64,000 nucleotides of DNA from an uncultured Candidatus Saccharibacteria bacterium (GTDB lineage Bacteria; Patescibacteriota; Minisyncoccia; Phycocordibacterales; UBA2100): assembly GCA_964471165.1 (NCBI GenBank), contig CAYYEX010000006.1:19779-83778 (forward strand), in the 5' to 3' direction. Positions 8,874-17,631 of the stretch are shown here, one piece after another (positions within the stretch are counted from its first letter, which is position 1; the number at the start of each line of letters is the position of its first letter). The notes under the pieces were generated by a model. The model saw only the letters and a list, made by a program, of their open reading frames with translations, was not told the DNA's origin and searched no databases. The translations under genes were made by a program, and so were the position numbers.

Positions 8874-9494
8874 TTAGCTTACAGGTCCGTCTTGGTTGTC
8901 TTTGTCGCGAAGATGTTTGTAATACTCCCAAAATACGGGGATGAGTGTCACGAAGATGATGCCGAGCACGATGTAGGTTATGTAGTCTTGAATTGCAGGG
9001 AAGCGTTCACCCAGCAAGTAGCCCGCTGTGGTCACGCCCGTCGCCCACGCAAAAGCGCCGGCCAGGTTGTAAATCATAAATGTGCGGTAATTCATGCTTG
9101 CAATACCGGCAACGATTGGAGCAAACGAACGCACGATAGGAATGAATCGTGCCAGAAAGATGGTCTTTGGTCCGTGTTTTTCGTAGTAATGCTGCGTTTG
9201 GCGCAGGTGGTCTTGGTGGAAAAAGCGCGAGTCGGGGCGAGTGAAGAGTTTGATGCCGATTTTGTTCCCGAACCAGTAGCCCGCGTTGTCGCCCAGAATT
9301 GCTGCAACTGTAACGGTGGGAATGAGAATCCAGGGGTTGAAGAGGCCTTTGGATGCCAGCAGTCCTGCAGTAAACAGGAGCGAGGCGCCCGGGAGCCAGA
9401 ACCCCACGATAGTGCCACTTTCGGCAAATATAATGAGGAATAGACCCGGGTAACCGATAACGGTAATAAAGGGCAGAATCGCCAAGGTAAGCAT
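8874..9494 (-). CDS. DedA / SNARE-associated family membrane protein
   Basis: It is a multi-transmembrane protein with the DedA-type G..GYWFG motif region. Confidence 0.7.
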   Translation of the reverse strand: MLTLAILPFITVIGYPGLFLIIFAESGTIVGFWLPGASLLFTAGLLASKGLFNPWILIPTVTVAAILGDNAGYWFGNKIGIKLFTRPDSRFFHQDHLRQTQHYYEKHGPKTIFLARFIPIVRSFAPIVAGIASMNYRTFMIYNLAGAFAWATGVTTAGYLLGERFPAIQDYITYIVLGIIFVTLIPVFWEYYKHLRDKDNQDGPVS

Positions 9495-9514
9495 TCGGGG
9501 CAGTATAGCAGGGA

Positions 9515-10852
9515 CTACCGCTCGTGTGGCAAGGGGAACTTCTTAGTGAATTTCTTGATTTCGGCTTTAATGGCTTTGAGCTCCTTATTCTTTGCGAGGT
9601 CTTTATGGAACTGTGCGATGTATTCTTGGCGACCAGTTTCTGGCAGTTTGTATTGTTTGACCGCAAAAAGACTGCGCGCAATCCAAGCTCCAACTTTTTT
9701 CATCTCGGCCTCGTTCATGCCGCGCGTGGTGAGTGCGGGAGTGCCGATACGGATTCCGCTCGGATAAAACGGGGTGCCCGGATCATTCGGAATGGTGTTT
9801 TTGTTTGCGGTCATACCGGCTGCCTCCATGGCATCCGCTCCGAATACGCCGCCGCCTGGTCCGTAGATGCCGGATATGTCGATACGCAGCAAGTGGTTCT
9901 CGGTGCCACCGGTTACAACGGTGACTCCATTTTGAATCAAACTCTTTCCAAGCGCTTTGGCATTTTTAACAATCTGTTTTCCGTACTTCTTGAAAGCAGG
10001 TGTTGCAGCTTCCTTGAGTGCAATTGCGATTGCCGCAGTCTGATGGTCGTGTGGACCACCTTGCAAGCCAGGGAACACGGCCTTGTCGAGTTTGGAAGCA
10101 AGTTCAGCGTCTTTTGCCAAACCCTTTTTTGTGGTCATAATCATGCCACCTCGTGGTCCGCGTAACGTCTTGTGAGTCGTCGTGGTTACGATGTGCGCGT
10201 GCGGCACAGGATCAGGGTGCGCGCCTGCCACGATGAGTCCCGCAATGTGCGCGATGTCGACAGCAAGGTATGCGCCAACTTCGTCTGCAATTTTTGCGAA
10301 CTCCGCGTAATCGTACTTAAACTCGTAGGCCGTTGCGCCTGCCCAGATGAGCGAGGGTTTGTGCTCGCGGGCAAGTTTGCGCACCTCGTCCATATCAATG
10401 CGGCCATCGGCTTTTACGTGGTAGAGCATCGTTTTATAAAAGATTCCGGTAGCGGAAACTTTCCAACCGTGGGTAAGGTGGCCACCGTCTGGCAGGTTCA
10501 AGCCGAGTACTACATCGCCTGGTTTGCAAGTGGCAAGGTAGACTGCCAAGTTTGCAGGAGAGCCTGAATACGGTTGCACGTTCACGTGTTCAACTTTGAA
10601 CAATTTCTTAGCCCGGTCGATTGCTGTTTTTTCAATCTGGTCGATAAATTCGTTTCCATTGTAGTAGCGCTTGCCCACGTAGCCTTCAGAATATTTATTC
10701 GTGAGCCATGAGCCCATTGCTTCCATGACCGCACTCGACGTGTAGTTCTCCGATGGAATCAGCTCGAGTCCTTCGGACTGACGCACACCTTCTTCGCGAA
10801 TCACTTTGTAAATCGCAGGGTCGTTCTTTTTTATTTTTTTGAATTCATTCAT
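9515..10852 (-). CDS. glyA: serine hydroxymethyltransferase
   Basis: Conserved SHMT blocks are present (SENYTSSAVMEAMGS, YSEGYVGKRYYNG, TTTTHKTLRGPRGG). Confidence 0.9.
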   Translation of the reverse strand: MNEFKKIKKNDPAIYKVIREEGVRQSEGLELIPSENYTSSAVMEAMGSWLTNKYSEGYVGKRYYNGNEFIDQIEKTAIDRAKKLFKVEHVNVQPYSGSPANLAVYLATCKPGDVVLGLNLPDGGHLTHGWKVSATGIFYKTMLYHVKADGRIDMDEVRKLAREHKPSLIWAGATAYEFKYDYAEFAKIADEVGAYLAVDIAHIAGLIVAGAHPDPVPHAHIVTTTTHKTLRGPRGGMIMTTKKGLAKDAELASKLDKAVFPGLQGGPHDHQTAAIAIALKEAATPAFKKYGKQIVKNAKALGKSLIQNGVTVVTGGTENHLLRIDISGIYGPGGGVFGADAMEAAGMTANKNTIPNDPGTPFYPSGIRIGTPALTTRGMNEAEMKKVGAWIARSLFAVKQYKLPETGRQEYIAQFHKDLAKNKELKAIKAEIKKFTKKFPLPHER

Positions 10853-10909
10853 AGGGATTATCTGAGTGGTAGTAAAGCAGGATGTGAACGAGGTTAAATC
10901 ATAGGCGGA

Positions 10910-11338
10910 TTATATACCCGTTGAACCAATGCCTCCACGGCTTATTCCGCCAAGGTTCTCGACTTCCGTCAAGACAGCTTTTTCAAACGGCAGCACAATC
11001 ATTTGCACAATGCGCTCGCCCCGACCGATGGATACCGGCTCGTCTGTAACATTGCGCAGGATAGCGTGGTATTCGTCGGCGTCTCCGGCATAGTCCTCGT
11101 CGATAATGCCCACGCCGTTTGCCATGGCGAGTCCGCGCTTAAAGAGAGAGCTACGGGCCGCGAGGAGCACAAAGAAGCCTGGCGGGGCAGCTATCGCCAC
11201 ATTGAGCGGTACAGGGATGGTAGCCCCCGGGGCGATGGTAATGTCTTGCCGAGCCGATAAATCCATTGCGGCAGCTCCCGCCGTTTTGTACTCGGGTAGT
11301 GGAATCGACTTGTCAAAACGCCGAATTCTCAGTTCCAT
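10910..11338 (-). CDS. dut: dUTP diphosphatase
   Basis: It carries dUTPase motifs (AGAAAMDL, GIIDEDYAGD) in a 142-aa ORF. Confidence 0.85.
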   Translation of the reverse strand: MELRIRRFDKSIPLPEYKTAGAAAMDLSARQDITIAPGATIPVPLNVAIAAPPGFFVLLAARSSLFKRGLAMANGVGIIDEDYAGDADEYHAILRNVTDEPVSIGRGERIVQMIVLPFEKAVLTEVENLGGISRGGIGSTGI

Positions 11339-11365
11339 GCGACGGATTCTACCACCCGGGATTTA

Positions 11366-12274
11366 GTGCGCTATGATAGCCGGATGAAACCGTACTCAGA
11401 ACGAACACCAGACACGCAGTATCGCGACCTCTTGAAACGAATTATGGACGAAGGCCGCGACATGATGCCGATTCACGGCATTGGGGCGCGCTCAATTGTG
11501 GGACACCAGATTCGCTATTCGATGGACAACGGCTTTCCGCTCATCACGGAGCGCGACCTTACGAGAATTTTTCCCGGTGCACTCGGCGAGCACATCGGAT
11601 TTCTCCACGGCGCACACACACTCGAGGACCTCAAAAAATACGATATGCCAGCAATCTATTGGGACCGGTGGGTTACTAAAGAAAAGTGTGAGATTTTCGG
11701 ACTACAGGAAGGGGACTTGGGTCCCGGCTCATATGGCGCGGCGTGGGGAACATTTCCCACAGCGGAAGGTGCGCCATTCAATCAAATTGCACACGTGGTG
11801 CAACAAATAAAAGAGAAGCCGTTTCTTCGCACGCACTTTATTTCACCGTGGATTCCGCAATACGCTATTCAGCACGAGGGTCTCACGCGAAAGGTGGTGG
11901 TCGCACCGTGTCATGGATGGATTCACGTGCTCGTGTATCCCGACACCAAGGAGCTCGTGGTGCATCACTTCCAGCGCAGTGCAGACATTCCAATAGGCGT
12001 CGTTTCCAACATTGTGCAGTATGCGGCGTTTGGCATGATGCTCGCTCAGGTGCTTGGTTACACAATGAAGGAACTCGTGCACTCATTCTCAGACGCGCAT
12101 ATCTATCACAATCAGTTCGACGCAGTGAACGAGCTGCTCGCGCGCGAGCCGAAACCATTTCCAACCGTCACGCTCGACCCGTCGGTTACCGACATCTTCA
12201 ATTTCAGAGTGGCGCACTTTACACTCAGTGACTACGAAGCGCATCCGAAGATGATGATTCCGACCGCAATTTAG
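11366..12274 (+). CDS. thyA: thymidylate synthase (ThyA family)
   Basis: It has the catalytic APCH motif and the QRSAD, DLGP.YG..W and D.HIYHNQ blocks that align with E. coli ThyA. The N-terminus is divergent. Confidence 0.75.
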   Translation: MRYDSRMKPYSERTPDTQYRDLLKRIMDEGRDMMPIHGIGARSIVGHQIRYSMDNGFPLITERDLTRIFPGALGEHIGFLHGAHTLEDLKKYDMPAIYWDRWVTKEKCEIFGLQEGDLGPGSYGAAWGTFPTAEGAPFNQIAHVVQQIKEKPFLRTHFISPWIPQYAIQHEGLTRKVVVAPCHGWIHVLVYPDTKELVVHHFQRSADIPIGVVSNIVQYAAFGMMLAQVLGYTMKELVHSFSDAHIYHNQFDAVNELLAREPKPFPTVTLDPSVTDIFNFRVAHFTLSDYEAHPKMMIPTAI

Positions 12275-12276
12275 GT

Positions 12277-12765
12277 ATGAAGCGGACGGTTAATTTAAAA
12301 CACGCTCGAACACAGTTTCAGCGTGACGTGATGGAAAAGATTGTGCGCGACAAAGTGTGCCCGTTTTGCGAGGAGCATTTTTTGAAATACCACACACGCC
12401 CAATCATAAAGCGTGGCAAATACTGGACTCTTACTGAGAATTTCCAGCCGTATCCAGGCGCCAGGCACCACCTCCTTATTGTTTCGCGAAAACATGTAAC
12501 TGATTTCAGTCAGTTGTCATCCAGTGCTCAAGCCGAGATGTTCAAGTTGTTTGCCGATGAATGCAAAAAACGCGGTATCAAGGGAGGCACCGTGTTCATG
12601 CGTTTTGGAAATACTGATTACACGGGGGGTACCGTGGAGCACTTGCATGCACAACTTGTGACTGGAGTACGCCGCGGTAAAAACAGCGAACCACTGGTGA
12701 CCGGGATTTCGTACAAGACTATGAGCCTCGGGAAACCTTCACAATCTCGACGCCCGCGCCTGTGA
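12277..12765 (+). CDS. HIT-family (histidine triad) nucleotide hydrolase/transferase
   Basis: It carries an EHLHAQL histidine-triad motif and a Zn-ribbon-like CPFCEEH. It overlaps the convergent deaminase gene by 47 bp. Confidence 0.65.
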   Translation: MKRTVNLKHARTQFQRDVMEKIVRDKVCPFCEEHFLKYHTRPIIKRGKYWTLTENFQPYPGARHHLLIVSRKHVTDFSQLSSSAQAEMFKLFADECKKRGIKGGTVFMRFGNTDYTGGTVEHLHAQLVTGVRRGKNSEPLVTGISYKTMSLGKPSQSRRPRL

Positions 12766-13570
12766 GCACGCCTTCTGCGTCGATGCGTGAGTAGCCTTCG
12801 TCGTAGTAGAGCTTTGTGATACCACTGCGCGCAATTAAGAACGCACAGTTAATGCAGGGGAATGTACTCGCGTAGAGGGAAGTGCCAACAAGCGAAATGC
12901 CTGCGTGCGCAGCCTGGGCAATAATATCTGCCTCAGCGTGCATTGAAATATAGAGGTCGGGGCGTTCTCCGGCATCCACGGTTATGCGCGGAGTGCCAAA
13001 AATATCGAGTGCGATGTCGGACGGGAAATAACGCGTATGCGCGCGCGCGATGATGGTTCCTTTGTCGACAAGCACGGCGCCGATTTGTCTCCACCAGTCA
13101 GCACTTTTTTGACCTTCTGCAATCGCGGTAAGCATGAGCTCTCGGTCGAGTTCATTTTCGGAAATCGTCCTGTCTGGAGATACGGGCACTTCTTTTCCCG
13201 CAAACACGCCCTCCCAGCGCAGGAAAATATTCTCGAGCACCGTTTCCTGTCCATTCAGATACTTTTCTGCAAAGTCGCGGGAAACGTCTTCGTCGGGGAG
13301 CACGATGGTCGCAAAGGAGCTGAGTCGGTCGGTTTCGGTAATTTCAATAACATCGACATCGAATCCGAGTGCCGCAAGCGATTGCGCGACAACGGAAGGC
13401 TCAAGCGCGCGGATGTCGCGGTTCAGTCGTGGATAGGCATCGATAAAGCTTCTGCCAAGTATGTATATCTGAGAGCCCGGATGTTTGCCAAAAAAAGAAA
13501 GATACCCCGCATGGAGCGCTGGGACGTAGGCGACAATCGCTTTATTTGCTTCTGAACTTTTCGAGTGCAT
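12719..13570 (-). CDS. deoxycytidylate (dCMP) deaminase with an N-terminal extension of about 135 aa
   Basis: The C-terminal half has HAEADII and PCINCA zinc-deaminase motifs. The N-terminal domain is of unknown type. Confidence 0.65.
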   Translation of the reverse strand: MHSKSSEANKAIVAYVPALHAGYLSFFGKHPGSQIYILGRSFIDAYPRLNRDIRALEPSVVAQSLAALGFDVDVIEITETDRLSSFATIVLPDEDVSRDFAEKYLNGQETVLENIFLRWEGVFAGKEVPVSPDRTISENELDRELMLTAIAEGQKSADWWRQIGAVLVDKGTIIARAHTRYFPSDIALDIFGTPRITVDAGERPDLYISMHAEADIIAQAAHAGISLVGTSLYASTFPCINCAFLIARSGITKLYYDEGYSRIDAEGVLTGAGVEIVKVSRGS

Positions 13571-14162
13571 TTTTCACAAGCTCGGGAACTCCGCGCATAA
13601 TCTCCTCTGCCAATTGATCGGCACCACTGATGGTGAGTGTGCGCACGCGTGCGGTGGTCGACGTTGCTGCCTGAGGGGGGAGGATAACAATCTTACCGGT
13701 TACTTTGTTGTAGCGCACAACGTCTTTTTTTGGAAAGTCTGCCGTGGAGGAGGAAGTGATGAGTACATCGGGACGTACCGTTTCAATGAGCTTTGCATTG
13801 CCGTGCTTCACTTCGCGCAGTGTGAGAATGCTCACAGAACGAAGGTGCGCGAGCATCTGCAAGCGCTCTGATTGCGAAACAATTGGGCGGTTCGGTCCTT
13901 TGCGTGCGCGCGTGAGTTCGTCGGAATCAACTCCAACAATGAGAATGTCGCCGAACGAAAGTGCGCGCTCCAAATACTTTGCATGGCCTTCGTGAATCAT
14001 GTCGTATACACCCTGGGTGAGCACGATGCGGTATCCCATCTTTTTTAAACTATCGACAACTTCGCGGAGTTCTTTGTAGTCCGGAATAAATCGGTCTTTG
14101 AGGTTGGATCCAGCGGATAAAATGTTCTTAACTGTAACGCCGCTTTTTTTCGTCATCGACAC
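13542..14162 (-). CDS. cytidylyltransferase-like nucleotidyltransferase (HxGH class)
   Basis: It has an IVLTQGVYDMIHEGH motif (HxGH) typical of the RfaE-II / glycerol-3-P cytidylyltransferase / archaeal NMNAT / RibL fold. Confidence 0.6.
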   Translation of the reverse strand: MSMTKKSGVTVKNILSAGSNLKDRFIPDYKELREVVDSLKKMGYRIVLTQGVYDMIHEGHAKYLERALSFGDILIVGVDSDELTRARKGPNRPIVSQSERLQMLAHLRSVSILTLREVKHGNAKLIETVRPDVLITSSSTADFPKKDVVRYNKVTGKIVILPPQAATSTTARVRTLTISGADQLAEEIMRGVPELVKNALEKFRSK

Positions 14163-14310
14163 ATGAAATCACGTGGCTTCATGTTGAACAAGCGGGGGAT
14201 ATGAGGTCTGGTACAAGGGGGTATAGGACGGGGATGCTTTTTTGCGTGGTATCCTCTGCGGCATGGCGATACACGAAACGTATACCGGCCCGGCGATGCA
14301 TCTGAGTGCA

Positions 14311-14808
14311 ATGATGGGGCCACAGGTAATCGCAATAGCTGCCATCGGTACCAACCGGGTACTGGGGAAGGATAATGAACTTTTGTGGCGTATACCGGAT
14401 GACATGAAGCGTCTGCGCGAGGTGACATCGGGCCATCCGCTTATCATGGGGCGCAAAACATTTGATTCTATAATCGCGGCTGTCGGTAAACCGCTCCCGA
14501 ACCGCCCACATATTGTGGTAACCCGAGACGCATCGTGGACTCACGAAGGGGCCATAGTTGCACATTCGATTGAAGACGCGATTTCGCGCGCGAAAGACTT
14601 AGACCGGCAAAAAGTCTTTATATTCGGCGGAGCACAGATTTATACAGCGGCGCTCCCATATACCGACATGCTCATGCTGACAATCATCGATGATGCAAAA
14701 GAGGGCGATGCGTATTTTCCTGCATTTGACGAGTTTTCAAAAATAATCTTCCGCGAAGACCGCGAGCACGAAGGGCTCCAGTATTCATGGGTCGACCTTA
14801 CGCGTTAG
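14311..14808 (+). CDS. folA: dihydrofolate reductase
   Basis: It has VIAIAAIGTNRVLGKDNELLWRIPDDMKRL and LIMGRKTF DHFR motifs. The start was chosen at the internal MMGPQ. Confidence 0.8.
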   Translation: MMGPQVIAIAAIGTNRVLGKDNELLWRIPDDMKRLREVTSGHPLIMGRKTFDSIIAAVGKPLPNRPHIVVTRDASWTHEGAIVAHSIEDAISRAKDLDRQKVFIFGGAQIYTAALPYTDMLMLTIIDDAKEGDAYFPAFDEFSKIIFREDREHEGLQYSWVDLTR

Positions 14809-15814
14809 CAGCAAGGCTTCGCAGCACCTCTCGATACATTGATTCTACGAGCTGTTTTTGTTTTGCGCCCGATTTTACATAGTGGTCGAGTCCGGGGCCA
14901 GCGTTGATTTCGAGCACACAGTAACGAATAGGTTTCTGTGTGATATCGGCAGTCATGATATCTACGCCGCACAGTCGCAGCCCCATGTCGCGCGTGAGTT
15001 TTGATGCTATCTTTGCGAACCTCGGGTGAATCGAATCTGTTACGTCTACGGCGTCGCCACCGGTTGATAGATTGGCGTTATCGAGCAGGTATACGCGCTG
15101 CCCAACCTTAGGGACCGACTTCAAGGTCGAACCTTGAAGCTTTAGTTTGGCAGGGATTCGAGGGTCATTTATTTTTATAAGCGTGTCGCGCTTTTCTGCA
15201 ACAAACTGCTTCTGCTTTTTGCTCAGGAGTTGTCGAATTGAGGAACGACCATCTCCGGTAACGCACAACGGTATCCGCTCATAGCCGGAGATAACTTTGC
15301 CGTCGAGCACAACAATGCGGTAATCGCGACCAGTAACCCTTTTTTGTACGAGTGCGACTCTGTCGTTTTTGAATACGAGGGTAAGCGCTCGGCGCAACTG
15401 AGCTTCTGAGTATACGAGCGACACAGCAGTGCCCTGACTGCCACTGTTTGGTTTTACGATGAGCGGGTAGCCGAGTTTTTTTGCGTATGAGAGAGCCGCG
15501 GAAAGATTTTGCTTAGAATCAATTGCGCTAGCCCAGTCGTTGGAATAGAAGGCGCGGCCTGTGGGCGTGGGGTAACCCATCTTTTTCATAAAGAATGCGG
15601 CGTAGTCTTTGTCTTTGGCAATGTCGGAAGCTCCAACAGGATTCAAGTCGACGGTGTTGTAGCGGAAATAGCTCTTGCGACCGTTCTTGAATGTGATTTG
15701 CCCAACGACGCCCCATTCTGGTTCCACGAGCACGGTTGCACCGATTTCGCGACCGAGCCGCTTTAAAAGGGCGCCGAGTATCAGGCTTTCCTTTTTTCGC
15801 CTCTTTGTTTGCAT
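14798..15814 (-). CDS. ATP-grasp family ligase (RimK / cyanophycin-synthetase N-domain-like)
   Basis: The ATP-grasp fold region fits (KPNSGSQGTAVSLV, CVLEINAGPGLDHY). The start was chosen at MQTKRRKK because the upstream in-frame part is low-complexity. A REP-like hairpin is embedded in-frame at 15118-15140. Confidence 0.6.
   Translation of the reverse strand: MQTKRRKKESLILGALLKRLGREIGATVLVEPEWGVVGQITFKNGRKSYFRYNTVDLNPVGASDIAKDKDYAAFFMKKMGYPTPTGRAFYSNDWASAIDSKQNLSAALSYAKKLGYPLIVKPNSGSQGTAVSLVYSEAQLRRALTLVFKNDRVALVQKRVTGRDYRIVVLDGKVISGYERIPLCVTGDGRSSIRQLLSKKQKQFVAEKRDTLIKINDPRIPAKLKLQGSTLKSVPKVGQRVYLLDNANLSTGGDAVDVTDSIHPRFAKIASKLTRDMGLRLCGVDIMTADITQKPIRYCVLEINAGPGLDHYVKSGAKQKQLVESMYREVLRSLAANA
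15118..15140. repeat. REP-like palindromic hairpin, copy 2 (inside the ATP-grasp coding sequence)
   Basis: The core cttcaaggtcgaaccttgaag is identical to 1962-1982. Confidence 0.55.
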
Positions 15815-15920
15815 CGGCGCATGATACTGCGTATTCACTTTTGCACCACGTCTCCAGTAATGTATCCAATTGGATGAGTTACTGGAGTGAGATTGCCACA
15901 CGCTGTCGAAATATTTTGCT

Positions 15921-16460
15921 ATGATGCGCTCGATGGAATCAACACCTACGTGGTATGTCATTACTGGAGGCCCGTGCGCGGGGAAGACCACAACTTGTAA
16001 TGAAATGATGCGGCTCGGACACCCGGTGCTCGCCGAGGCGGCCCGCCTCGAGATAGAAACGAAACTAGCCAGAGGCATGACAATCGAGGAGATTGTGACT
16101 GACCCGGATTGGCTGCAGTCTGTTGTTCGTCGTTCGACTGCACAAGAGGCGCAGCTGCCAACAGACGAAGTGTGGTTCCTCGATCGCGGGACTCCAGATA
16201 GTATTGCGTACTATCGCAAATTCGGACGCGAACCAGAGCCCGAGGTTGATGCAGCGTTCAAAGCATTCAAGTGCCGAAAAGTTTTTTTACTCGACCTTGT
16301 TGACTACGTGAATGATTACGCGCGACCCGAAACCCCTGAAGAGGCGCGCGCGCTTCACGAGGGTATACGTGCAGGATACACGGAGCTCGGTCACGAAGTC
16401 GTGCCGGTGCCACTGATGCCGGTACAGGAGCGCGTGCAGTTTATTTTGGCGCGGCTCTAG
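15921..16460 (+). CDS. P-loop NTPase/kinase (AAA_28-like)
   Basis: It has a Walker A motif (ITGGPCAGKTT) and is divergent from the ATP-grasp gene. Confidence 0.55.
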   Translation: MMRSMESTPTWYVITGGPCAGKTTTCNEMMRLGHPVLAEAARLEIETKLARGMTIEEIVTDPDWLQSVVRRSTAQEAQLPTDEVWFLDRGTPDSIAYYRKFGREPEPEVDAAFKAFKCRKVFLLDLVDYVNDYARPETPEEARALHEGIRAGYTELGHEVVPVPLMPVQERVQFILARL

Positions 16461-16482
16461 AAAATAGAAAATGTATAAAAAA

Positions 16483-16520
16483 CAGAGAGACCCTTCGTGC
16501 GTGCGCGCGAAGGGTCCCAT
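16483..16520 (-). terminator. intrinsic terminator on the minus strand
   Basis: On the minus strand, gggacccttcg-cgcgcacgca-cgaagggtctc is followed by tctgtttttt. It sits just downstream of the small ORF at 16549. Confidence 0.55.
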
Positions 16521-16548
16521 GTTGAATGTGCGCTGTTTGTCGCAACGC

Positions 16549-16728
16549 CTAGCTTGCAGTAGTTAGTCGCTGGCCGAAGCCGAAGCTCGTCGCGAAAAGA
16601 TCCGTGAGTCGCGCACGGTCGAGCTCTAAATAGTGGGGCAGGTTGCGCGCAACCTCCGCCGCATGCTCGATATCCTTTTTTTCGCGCGCTTCACGATTGG
16701 TAATCCCCGAATTGTCGTTCCCCAACAT
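16549..16728 (-). CDS. small hypothetical protein (59 aa, MLGNDNSGITNREAREKKDIEHAAEVARNLPHYLELDRARLTDLFATSFGFGQRLTTAS)
   Basis: I translated it by hand; it is just below the ORF-track cutoff. GGAG lies 7-10 nt upstream, and the minus-strand terminator lies about 30 nt downstream. Confidence 0.3.
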   Translation of the reverse strand: MLGNDNSGITNREAREKKDIEHAAEVARNLPHYLELDRARLTDLFATSFGFGQRLTTAS

Positions 16729-16847
16729 TCATAGCTCCGCTGTCTCCACAATTGATGGACACGTATACGCGGCACAAGTTACGCCCGCAGTACTTTGCTC
16801 TAGAAAGAGCGCTCTGTAAAGCGAGTAGTCCACACTTGGCGGGGCGA

Positions 16848-17630
16848 CTATTGCTTGAGTCCGAGGCCAGTGCGAATGAGGTACCAATTGATAGCCACCA
16901 GTACCACGGTCAGTACGCCGAGAACGACAAATGATATCCAGATAGCAACGTCTGCAATGCCGAGGAATCCGTAGCGGAATCCGTTGATGAGATAGAAAAT
17001 AGGATTCACGAATGTAACATACTGTGCCGCTACAGGGAGCGAATGAACCGAATAGAACACGCCACCCAAGTACACAAGCGGAGTGAGTACGAATGTTGGC
17101 ACGATGTTGATACCATCGAGCGATTTTGCGTAGACGCCATTCACGAGACCGGCAAGCGCAAAGACAACAGCAGTGAGCACGGCAAACGTAAAGATGACGA
17201 GCAGGTTGTAGAAGGCCAGATGCAGTCCTGTAAAGAAGAGCGAAACAAGCATGACGAGAAAGCCAACAAGTACTCCGCGTATCACGCCGCCTGCTACGAA
17301 GCCTGCAATGATGAGCCACGGCGGCATTGGAGAAACAAGCATTTCATCAATGGAGCGCATGAAGAACTTCGACTGGAAGAATGTGAACGAGGAGTTTGAA
17401 TAAGCACTGGTCACAATCGCGAGCATTACGAGGCCTGGCACAACGAAGCTCATGTAGTCAACGCCCTGCATCTCACCGATTCGGGAGCCGAGTACGGTGC
17501 CAAATACCAAGAAGTACAGCACGGAGGTGACAATCGATGGAAGAAATGTTTGCGCCCAAATACGGAAGATGCGCACGACGTCCTTGCGGAGCATGGTGTA
17601 AAAGGCAGTCCATTTGCGTTGAGCATCCAT
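16848..17630 (-). CDS. ABC-2 type transporter permease
   Basis: It is a 6-transmembrane ABC-2 permease. Its ATG is adjacent to the stop of the ATPase gene, so they form an operon. Confidence 0.8.
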   Translation of the reverse strand: MDAQRKWTAFYTMLRKDVVRIFRIWAQTFLPSIVTSVLYFLVFGTVLGSRIGEMQGVDYMSFVVPGLVMLAIVTSAYSNSSFTFFQSKFFMRSIDEMLVSPMPPWLIIAGFVAGGVIRGVLVGFLVMLVSLFFTGLHLAFYNLLVIFTFAVLTAVVFALAGLVNGVYAKSLDGINIVPTFVLTPLVYLGGVFYSVHSLPVAAQYVTFVNPIFYLINGFRYGFLGIADVAIWISFVVLGVLTVVLVAINWYLIRTGLGLKQ

Positions 17631-17631
17631 A

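Noticed and set aside
12719-12765. 47-bp convergent overlap between the HIT gene and the dCMP deaminase gene as a possible mis-annotation
   Set aside because: Both reading frames are well supported up to their stops. A convergent overlap is unusual but is not evidence of an error. It may merely mean the HIT C-terminal tail is shorter than the ORF.
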